NCBI GenBank assembly: GCA_024626585.2
Contig: JANKJI020000004.1
Coordinates: forward strand, 61,680,450-61,700,832
DNA length: 20,383 nucleotides
Reading direction: 5' to 3'
Source: Ginkgo biloba
Taxonomy: Eukaryota; Plantae; Ginkgophyta
Under the pieces are notes generated by a model, which was not told the DNA's origin, did not search any database, and saw only the letters and a program-made list of their open reading frames with translations. The position numbers and the translations under genes were made by a program. Shown here one piece after another: positions 10,503-20,383 of this stretch (positions are counted from its first letter, which is position 1; the number at the start of each line of letters is the position of its first letter).

Positions 10503-11807
10503 GTGATTTTTCACTCTCCTGTGTTGTCAAGTGGTTCTTTTCTCCATGTTACGTTCTGCTTTGTCTTTTGTTTCTAGGAATAGGGAAATAAAATGAAATG
10601 AAATTTTATAATGTCTCGTGGCCAGAAGGTATCTATGACCTAAAGACAAATATCCTTAATGATTACAATGGCCCTATCTAAAACTATGGAACAGCAAGTG
10701 AAATCTTCTAAATTAAAATCTGTAAACATAAATATAGTAATTTTAGTTCTGAACTCTGAAATCAAAAGTTCTAAAATAGAAAATCGAGAAATTTGCACAG
10801 AAGAGAGGAGTTTTTTCAGTGGTGACCGGATGTGTCTTTTTGTTCAGTTCTACATGTCTAAATGTCAATGTTTCTGTGCTGTACTTGTTACTAGTTTATG
10901 TTTTTTCTCTCTTATGCTTCAATGCCTACACTAAGCATCTCTGTGGTTTCAACATGACTAGTTTCAAATAACTTGGGTACTGTGGGGAATCCCACCTTGA
11001 GTCATGGCAATTAATATGTTCTAGTTAGCATATAATGGTGTCAGTTGTCATATGCTTTTATTTTTATGCTAAGGGGTGGTTACAGTAAATAACTTCTATG
11101 AGAAGTTATTTGAGGGTTAGATTTAAATGTCTGCTCATAAGTGTGCATATCAATTCTGTTACAGCCTGAGTTAGTCATACATGTGAAGTAGGGGTTAAGA
11201 CCTGTTCTACAGGAGAAGCTTAAGGCTTTTATTGCGCAACCCTTTTGGTGTCAGTGAAAGATATTTTTTTGCTCAGAAGTCTGTGCCTATTGTGTAGGGT
11301 GTCTCATTAGTTTTAAATAAGTGGTCGCAAGCTACTGTTCAGCCTTCAGAGAAGGAAGTTTCAGCCTTCTTAAAGTTGAGCAGGTTTTACGTTAGGTTGA
11401 CAGGCAGTGACATGCGGCAATACAAGCAAGGTCAGCGAACTCAGTTGGGTGCCAACTTCCCTGTTATGGTATATATATGCTGTTAAGGGCTTAATAGTAC
11501 ATTGCTTGATTGGGAATTATCTTACGATTTGCCCTTGNNNNNNNNNNNNNNNNNNNNNNNNNNTGTCAAAACTTATTTGCTCTTTGCATTTAATGCACTT
11601 TAACCTGCCTCTGTTTTCCTTGGAAATTGATATTGGCCATGTATTGCATTTCACCCAATTCCTACTACTATTTTTGGGGTTATACTCTGTCAAACTCTGC
11701 TTTAGAAGGGTTCACCCTGCCTTATCTGTAATAGTCCTGCCTAATAACCTTGTATGCTAAAGATATTAATTTATATAAAACATGANNNNNNNNNNNNNNN
11801 NNNNNNN

Positions 11808-11850
11808 GCATGCATGCATGCATAAATGAATACATAAATAAATAAATAAA
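11808..11850 (+). repeat. Microsatellites (GCAT)4 and (TAAA)4
   Basis: (gcat)4 at 11808-11823, next to a gap; (taaa)4 at 11835-11850. Confidence 0.85.
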
Positions 11851-12885
11851 GAAATAAAAGATTCATTTATGTTAACTCATGAAGCACTGGAGATATCAAT
11901 ACATACAAAAGGCTAGATAGCTAGGAGTAAGGATGGTCTTGGCAATATGAACTTACAATCACTGTTTCGCCATTGGGGACCACCTATTGGGGCTTACATA
12001 GCTACTGACACAAACCTCTTGTACATAAATGCTAATGGTCAGCACCNNNNNNNNNNNNNNNNNNNNNNNNNNNNNNNNNNNNNNNNNNNNNNNNNNNNNN
12101 NNNNNNNNNNNNNNNNNNNNNNNNNNNNNNNNNNNNNNNNNNNNNNCATTTTGTAATGCTGAAATACTCATGTAATGCAAACATCAGTTTATCTTGTTTG
12201 TTTTGTGTTCCATTTTCTGTAACAGCTTAGGCACGCATAAATGTTTGCATAGAGAAATATAAATATGCAAAATCGTATGAGCATTTATGCTAGCAAACAT
12301 ATGTATAATGCACGGAATGGTTCCCCGTGGCCCTTGATTTATAGAAGTTTTACCTACATGTTATGAACCTTAGAACAAACAGAACTAAACCTATCTCAAG
12401 AAATCCCAAGATCAAACTACGCAGGCATTACAAGCTATTTCTTAATAGTTGAGTGGATATTTGTTGCAGATTACAAATGCAGGTCTGTTACAAAATCACA
12501 ACATACTATGCAAAATAGAGGGTGGGTAAAATAACATTCCCTAATGACCAAAAAACATGAGGAAACAGAAGAGGAGGATCTATATGCATTAAGGGTGGCA
12601 ATGGAATTGCTTCATGATATACAAATATGCAAATATCTAGGAACCTGCCCAAAGCTGCATTGAAGTAATTCCTAGATGTATGGCTTAGGCTCACATGCAA
12701 CTTCCTAAAGCTGTGCAATGAAGCTGGGTAAAATTATCTTATTGTACTGAATTTAAACATTATGGAAGAGTCATATTTTCTTTTTAAAAAAAACTTGTGC
12801 AAACATGGCAACTAGCCAAAACTTACCCAAGGGGGACAGTACTTTGCAACCACAAATGCGTACAAGCTAAACTANNNNNNNNNNT

Positions 12886-14645
12886 TCATTCACCTTAGTC
12901 TTGTTTCATCTTCTTTGCTTCACCTTGTCTTATTTCTACCATTTTCTCTAAAGCGATATTTTGTTCCTTCAGTGCAAGGGGCACCATTCCAGTAACACTT
13001 TCAGTCTGCCTAACTGAAGGCAAAGATGTGGAGTGCAATCTTGGTAAGGTTGCTGTGCCCCTGTCCTCAGTATCCAATGCTCCTAGCCTTGCATTGCCTT
13101 CAGAAAAACCAATAAATGAGTTCATACACGGAGTGGAAGGTGTGGAGTTCAGAGATACCACAGATGGTGGTGATGCCATTGAAGCTGTCGAGGTTGATTT
13201 GAAGTTGTTGAATTTGTTGGAGTAGTTGAAGTTGATTTTCAAGTTATTGAGGATGAAAGTGTTGTTTTATGGTTCATCCTATTATATTCGATCTCACAAT
13301 AAGAGGTTCAACTTGCTCAATAAAGATCCAATAAAGGTTCAACTTGTTGTTAGTTAGTTGTAGGAGAAGACTATCATAAAAATAATCAAGTCATTGGGCT
13401 TGGAAGCTTAACTAAGTGTTGTCCTAACCCTAATTTATTTTTCTTTCTATTATTTATTTGTTATACTTTTTCTAGGCCTAGATAGACCCTTGGTGTTGAG
13501 CAATAAGTCTATCTATTCTAGTAATATCATTTAAAATCAGTTATGGCTTCCGCCCATTTAATTTGCATCCTTATTGGCCATGTTTTAAGTCTCCACCTTT
13601 ATGGACAACGATGCAAACTAGATGTTGAGTGAAATAGTAGGTTGAAAAGAATTGGTTGTTTGATTATATGGTTGACTATTAGGCTTTTATACTTGATGAT
13701 TGAGTGCATATTTTGAGACCCTACATTGTAACAAAGCAAATGCAGTGAGAAACAGTGTGACATAGCAAATGCATATGTAAGTCTATAGTGAAAGTGAACA
13801 AAGCAATTGGATGGCATTAAATTGGGCAATTGAATGACACTTTGAGTTTGAGGTCAAAGGGGTGGCAACTTGTCTTAAGTTGGGTTTGGTTGCCTTGTAC
13901 CAGAAAGGTTGAGTAATTGCCTTGATGCTTGTATATGGAGGTATGTTGGGATGCTTCATAGATGGTATGGGATTGTGTCGATTGATCAACATTCCTACTT
14001 GAAAGATATTTGGGGTCATCTTAAGAATAAGCCTTAGGGAGTCTTAATGCTATAAGAGGATCAAGAATCATTCTTCGCCTGTCTTAAATAAGGTCTAGTT
14101 AACAACTCTTACTATAGTTAATCTGGTGAAGCATTTATAATACTTGATATGGCAATTACTTGTCAAGGCAATCAATGCATACGGAACGTAGATTTCAATG
14201 TTTATTCTAGCAATTAGTGGGTGCCTTGGTTATATTGTGACGTAAGGTTCTTAGGAAAGGGAAGGGGCCTTTGACGAATTATGCTTAGTTAAAGAGCCTT
14301 TTAGTAAGACATTATTGGTTTACTTGTGTGGCATAAGTACTTACTGGCTCTCATTTATAATCATCTTGGTTGTGAATTCGTAGTTTGTCCTACTGACATA
14401 GTAATCTTTAGTAAGCTTCGAGGAGATTCTTGAATGGAGTAAGTTATTTGGAAGTGGTGCATTTCAAAGAGGGCAAAGTTTTGTATTGTGGAATCAACTT
14501 GTGATGAGTACGAATTCCAAGTTACAAATCTAGATTAACATTGAGACTAGAGGGTGGAGTGTCTCCGCTGTGACAATGACACAATCATCACATGCATAGG
14601 GGAACAACGAATGCACATAGAAGAAGAATGCATTATTTCTTAATC
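12886..14645 (-). mobile_element. Probable LTR-retrotransposon internal region: short ORF, long non-coding stretch and LTR boundary
   Basis: Minus-strand ORF 13242-12895 (ATG at 13179, MASPPSVVSLNSTPSTP...LEKMVEIRQGEAKKMKQD), about 1.3 kb of non-coding sequence, and a boundary-like motif agagggtggagtgtctccgc|tgtgaca at 14549-14575. Confidence 0.4.
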
Positions 14646-15099
14646 NNNNNNNNNNNNNNNNNNNNNNNNNNNNNNNNNNNNNNNNNNNNNNNNNNNNNNN
14701 NNNNNNNNNNNNNNNNNNNNNNNNNNNNNNNNNNNNNNNNNNNNNNNNNNNNNNNNNNNNNNNNNNNNNNNNNNNNNNNNNNNNNNNNNNNNNNNNNNNN
14801 NNNNNNNNNNNNNNNNNNNNNNNNNNNNNNNNNNNNNNNNNNNNNNNNNNNNNNNNNNNNNNNNNNNNNNNNNNNNNNNNNNNNNNNNNNNNNNNNNNNN
14901 NNNNNNNNCTCCGATTGCAACTCCTCCTACTCCTACCTTTGCTCCTTAGATTTGGGATTGGGCCTGCAGGAAGTTTGCTAGTAGTGCAAGGGGAACCCCC
15001 CCGTATTCAATGAACTGAAGTAGATGGTTAAGCTCTAGTTGAAACATCTTAGTTTGAACTTTAATATGTTATGCATGGTTAGAAAAATTCATAGCAGTA

Positions 15100-17400
15100 A
15101 CATATAGCACATGGAGGAAGAGGATTTGCAAATGCAACTTATTTCTAGCTTTCAAGATCCAAAACAAGACATCTGCCTTGAGAAGTTTTTAAACTTGGTG
15201 AAAGGAAACAAATCAAGGACCTAGATCACTAAGGAGGGTAGAGGTCTAGATAAAAGGATAACGCAGAGAAGAGCTGCAAATTCTTAAGCCCATTTCCATC
15301 GTGGTTTTGCCTAATGGCCCCATCATAAGAGATTTAATGTTTTTAGGTTGGTCACATAATGGGCATTTGTTGTAATTTCCCCCATCTTGATCAACGTGTC
15401 CTCGATGGACAATCATACATCGAGCAAAGAAGAGTTTTTAGGGCTCTAGGGGGGTTTTGAGAGCCTTCAAATCTTTTGCACCATATGAAATCAAAACTTT
15501 GCATTGCCCATGTGCTATTCAATCTGACTGATATATTTGTTGGCCAATATTTATATGACCAATGTGATTTGATAGTGGCGGTGGAAATGCATAGCATCAC
15601 CCTAGGTAGAATAACATTCTCTTGCTAGAATTATCCACTAAATTTAACCCTTAAAGAATTCAAAAGCTTTTGCATAACCGCGAGTGGCGAACATAATTTT
15701 ATATTGCCATTTTTTAAATTCGAACATTATTCAACCCTCTTCCACTTATTCTTGTTGTAATGATCATGTAATCCCAACTACATTGGTTCTTGACTTCATC
15801 ACGTGTGTGCCCTATTCAAGCCTTCATAAACTAGTACGTCCTTTGGTCTTTGATAGAATATTTAAATCAGGAGCACACAATGAAATAAAAGATTCTCATG
15901 TTCTTTGGACATGCTCAAGATGGATGGGTAACCAGTTGCTCCACTTGTGTTGAATAGTCATAGATGTAGCTNNNNNNNNNNNNNNNNNNNNNNNNNNNNN
16001 NNNNNNNNNNNNNNNNNNNNNNNNNNNNNNNNNNCTTCATAGCTACAAAAGAATGCCTGTTAGGACCACCCACATCATTTAACATCAAATCTTTAACTCG
16101 ACTTGTCTTCATCGGATCATCATCACACAACAATTCAATTTGCAATGGAGAGAACAATCTCATTTTGACATTGGTTAATTGACTTATGGGGGTCCTCACA
16201 GTCATCTTCTTTTAAACAGGGTCTTTTAAACCAACCTTAATAACACCAAGGTCTATTTGAATGTTTTGAAATTGACATTCTACTTTAGAAAGAAAAAGCT
16301 AACTTTAAATATTATATAAGCACCCTTTCCAATTCCCTAGCCACCTAATGGAATTGTTATATGGCCATGAAATAGGGCTCAAAATTTATTGAAATCAAAC
16401 CTTAGGGAATTTGATCATAGATTTTTGCAGGCAACACATGATGACCTGAATGTTGTTTGATCAACCCCATCAACAAATTCATTTATGACACTATCATCAA
16501 CTATCATTTGTAATTAAACATCTTCCATTCTAGTGCCCACAAAGATACCCTTTTGTGATCTATGAAGGACTTCAATATACATCAATCTTTAGGCTATTAT
16601 GCAAAGTGTTGCTTCATGCATTGGCCAAGTTGAGAATCAATAAACAATTGTCATTTCATATGATATCCACCAGCGTTTCAACCATTCAAGCTTGGCCCAT
16701 AGTATCCATAATCACGACTCCTTATTTAAGTCACATGCCCCATCTGGAACTCAAACCTGGTCCTCCCAGCTCGGATAAAGGGTGGCACAAAGGGTTAATC
16801 CACGAATTCCACTTGTATGGACTCAAACACGTGGCTTTGCTTCTTTCTTTTTCCTATTTTCACTCCAGTCTTTGGGCATGCAAATTGAAGAAAACTTATT
16901 GTATTGCCTCCTTTCCTNNNNNNNNNNNNNNNNNNNNNNNNNTATGTTTTCTTATTTTTATTTTAAAATTTCTTAAAATCTTATTACTTTCATATTTAGA
17001 CTTATTTGTCACTGCTTGCATCCCAAAGACGTTACTCACTACATTAATGGAGGTAGCAACTTCTTTCAATTCTAGCTTAAACCCAATGCAATTATGTGAT
17101 TGACATTGTTTCCAATACAATTGATGCATTAAGTGTCACTCTATGAAGCTTTTTGTTCAACCTTTCAATAAACTAAATACAATGACAAAAACTCACCAAA
17201 ATCTCCATCACCTTCTCCTTTTAGACAGTTTATCAACGTAGAAGGTATTGCAACTTGCAACAATCTTTGATTTATTTTGAAGCTCTCGACTGTCGTCCTC
17301 ACTTTTACTAATCTTCAGAGTAAAATTTCTATTTCTTTCCTTGTTCACATACATCCATGCACACATAGTGAGCTCCATTTTTGTAGAACAATCACGAACA
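15100..17400 (-). mobile_element. Highly decayed L1-clade LINE ORF2 (linker, RT, C-terminal zf-RVT-like region)
   Basis: Minus-strand motifs occur in the expected order and roughly expected spacing. INCLKGEGD..GEFL (about 17230, cf. WLKEGD..FF); KKQSHVFESIQVEF (about 16840, cf. KSPGPDG...EF); KV/DFNKF...ISWPY...RWLG (about 16400, cf. KLDFEKAYD.VSW); IELLCDDD (about 16125, cf. FADD); AHVMKSR/LGLHD (about 15780, cf. W.....PK..GGLG); RLNSTW...WCKRF...PP and CPLCDQP (15520-15340). Heavily frameshifted. Confidence 0.72.
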
Positions 17401-17460
17401 CTACAGGATCATTTCACGTAGGTTAACACTCTCAATTGTATGCAAGATACCATAGTGGAT

Positions 17461-18745
17461 TGTAACAATCTTACCTTCTAAACTTGCATGCCAATGAAAA
17501 TAAGAATTGCAAAACAGATAATCATTAGAGTATACATACAAAAAAAACATTTACTTATGTTAATTAATGACCAATGCTCATACAAAATACAAAAGCATAG
17601 CAAACTCAAAAGGTAGACCATTAGGGATAGGGTATACTAAGCAACTTAGCCTAACATCGACTACTAGCCTCCAAGAACCATCTAAAAGGGCCTATTTGGT
17701 TGGCAACCAAGTCTCTAACAATAACCCAATACATAATATCAACACCTAGCAGCTATTACTGCTTCGCTAGATTCCACCCCTTAACTTAAGAAAATAAGGA
17801 TGCCAAGCATAGGTCTCTTCTCAACCCCTCTTCAACACCAAGATAATCCCTTGAATTGAGACATCCATCCCTCACCGGCAGAAATACTTNNNNNNNNNNN
17901 NNNNNNATATTATGAGAGTACCTCTGGCTGCAACACAAGGTTAAGCATAAGCAAAACATATAAGTATAATCCTGCAAGCCAAACGCTTATGCATGGCCCC
18001 TATTATGGCTATCAACACAATCCATAGCACCGAGACATCCTCGAGGGTCCTCAGGGTGCTAGCCCTACCCTCCCTGTTGATTAGCCCAAACATATAAATG
18101 CTCATATGGACCTATGCTTGTACAAACCCAAGCCAGATAAAATACATGAATGCAATAGTATAGCCATAGTCATACTTCATAAATCCTCAACAAATCTCAG
18201 TTAAGTTGTCCCTAAATTGCCCTCTAGTGTTTCAAGCAATAAATGAGCCTGAAATCACAAGGGAAATAATGAATACTCAAAGCCTAATTATCCATAAGAT
18301 ACGATTTTAGCCATAAATATCATGAATTTGCTCTACAATAGAGAGTGCCCTACTATAACAAAGTCCTTTTTTCATTCTTAGGATTTTCAGCCCTTATATT
18401 TATAAACACAACTAAAATACTANNNNNNNNNNNNNNNNNNNNNNNNNNNNNNNNNNNNNNNNNNNNNNNNNNNNNNNNNNNNNNNNNNNNNNNNNNNNNN
18501 NNNNNNNNNNNNNNNNNNNNNNATACTACACGGATAACATTTTCTTTGTGGTTTGTTTTCTATATCTAAAAACTGATCATCAAATCTAAGTTCAACACGC
18601 TAAAATCTAATAGGATAGATCTGTTTAAGTTCTCTAAATCGTGTTGTAGGACCAATAAATTTGAGGACTTACTTAGGTACATAACAAGTTCTCATATACC
18701 ATTACAAACCATGTTGTAGAAGGTAGCAATAGGAACTAAGTTCAA
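17461..18745 (-). mobile_element. LTR-like sequence of a gypsy-type element, one terminus visible
   Basis: Begins tgtaacaatc at 17461, close to where LINE homology stops. It is an A/C-rich non-coding stretch typical of an antisense-oriented plant gypsy LTR. No second terminus or TSD was found. Confidence 0.45.
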
Positions 18746-19009
18746 TTCTTATGCTTTTGTGAATTTCAAGCTGATTTCTTTTTTTAAGTGCATCAAGAGC
18801 TCCTCGCAACTCCTCCTTTCCCCGTTGATGGGCTTTATTGGTTTATTATCTGCCCAATGCTCAAACATCGAGCTGCCAATTGGTGGTGATAGCCCTAAAT
18901 TTCCTTTCTTGGAGGAGTGGTCAGCAAAATGTCCCAAGGGCTCAATCACAATAGAAAATGCCCGTCACTGTACTTAGGAAATGGCCAAACATTTGATTGG
19001 CAACAACAA

Positions 19010-20260
19010 ACTTAATGGATGTTTCAGCATCTCCACTGCAAGATACTACACTAGAAGGGTCGTCTTTTGGCTAGGACCTCCCTTCTGTTTCTGGCGAACA
19101 ACCAGGAACCAAAGCTACTAGGGTTGAATCCAATCCACCCTCAACAGAGGCACAAGTTGAAGTGCATATGCCGACACTTCAAAGAAATAGTCCAAGCTTA
19201 CAGATTTTGTGCAGACTATCATTGAGTTTGGTATTGAACCATGGAATGATTTAAGTGTCAAGGCTACACAAACATTGCCACCACCGATATTGAGCCTAGT
19301 TCCTCCACTGCATGATCATAAGACCGTCGATGGGAAGGAGCTACTTTGGATAGACCAATATCAATAAAATGGGAGGATTGAGTACAAATTTTCTAAGTGG
19401 ACTTGGATAAGATGGAATGCAAGTTATTGAAGCATGGAAGCCCACATTAATAACTAATGTTATCCATCTGCTTGTGAGGGACCTTGTGGCAGAAAGAAAA
19501 AGATTTTTCTTGAGGCATCACACTATAAACTTACTTAGGTCGAACCAAAGCAACAACAATAGAAGAAAAGATTGGCTTTATTGAGAAATCCATTGATGTA
19601 TGGTTGGAGGACGTGGATCTCTCCATGGATACATACTACTGTTTCCTTCTCTAGTTTGACAAAAGATTGGAGTGCATTATTCCCAAATTTAGTTCATGCA
19701 TTTTATAGGTAGATAGTGATTGACAAGAGATTTTTTATCTCATGTATGGTAGGGTCAAGGAGACATTAGCTATGAAAAAGTATGAGGAAGCTCTAGAGGA
19801 GTTGGAAGACCACTTTGTGTATTTGTACCAACAACTGAGTAACAGGAAACACAAGTTGATTAATCTACAGGCTTAGTTCCCTCGAGAATTGGAATACATG
19901 CATAGTGTGCGCCAAGAAATAATGCAACAACTTAGAAGCAAAATTATGCATTTTATGGGTAGATAGTGATTGACAAGAGATTTTTTATGTCAAGTATGGT
20001 AGGATCAAGGAGACATTAGCCATGAAAAAGTATGAGGAAGCTCTGGAGGAGCTGGAAGATCACTTTGTGTATTTGTACCAACAACTGAGTAACATGGAAC
20101 AAATGTTGATTAATCTTCAGTCTTAGTTCCCTTGAGAATTGGAATACATGCATAGTGTGCATTAGGAAAAAATGCAACAACTTGGAAGCAAAATCATGCC
20201 CCTGGTTTGATTATTGCAACGAGCAAGCTTACTATTTCGATTGTGGCACCTGTAGGACAT
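19010..20260 (+). pseudogene. Decayed ORF of unknown family with low-complexity N-part and coiled-coil-like C-part, probably retroelement accessory ORF
   Basis: Frameshift-joined reading: MDVSASPLQDTTLEGS...PPSTEAQVEV / TDFVQTIIEFGIEPWNDL / IEEKIGFIEKSIDVWLEDVDLSMDTYY...KKYEEALEELEDHFVYLYQQLSNRKHKLINLQA*FPRELEYM. The stops are scattered single codons. Confidence 0.45.
19696..20195 (+). repeat. Tandem duplication, 2 x 250 bp
   Basis: Copy 1 is 19696-19945 and copy 2 is 19946-20195; ungapped, with 22 mismatches by hand count. atgc recurs at 19696, 19946 and 20196. Confidence 0.97.
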
Positions 20261-20383
20261 AAGAGTTGGGATGATCTAAATGGTAGCATGTAGATGTTTT
20301 GGGTGATCGTACTGACAGTTGGATCAGAAGATCTAGTTTACTGGTACAAGATGAGGTGGCAAATGATATGGGGTCTATGCCTC

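Noticed and set aside
10503-10577. ORF 10395-10577 continuing past APIQ as VIFHSPV...
   Set aside because: A GT donor sits at 10503 and the following sequence is T-rich with no ProRS similarity beyond a chance V-I, so it is intron read-through.
12470-12482. Possible 13-nt microexon (ttgcAG|attacaaatgcag|GT)
   Set aside because: It would shift the frame and does not encode the expected VVIVPI continuation.
16555-17103. 182-aa plus-strand ORF, the longest in the track
   Set aside because: It is antisense to the decayed LINE ORF2, spans a gap and has no motif.

Overview
AT-rich, CpG-poor eukaryotic DNA from a gapped draft scaffold, most likely a large-genome land plant (gymnosperm-like; this is an inference). 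The only intact host coding sequence I can find is one 138-bp exon (10365-10502, +) of an organellar-type prolyl-tRNA synthetase (OVA6/PRORS1-like). It has about 10 kb of apparent intron on each side, filled with decayed transposons: a non-chromovirus Ty3/gypsy pol fragment (1-1975), a LINE ORF1 remnant running almost directly into a 3' tail and poly(A) (3637-4543), an old minus-strand LINE ORF2 (about 15100-17400), several LTR-like stretches and possible CACTA/hAT termini. There are also three head-to-tail duplications (56, 360 and 250 bp), each about 9% diverged by hand count. I see no prokaryotic operon, CRISPR array or RNA gene, and no clearly novel multi-gene system. The best novelty candidates are the apparently ORF1-only LINE and two orphan retroelement-associated ORFs. 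All translations and alignments were done by eye.
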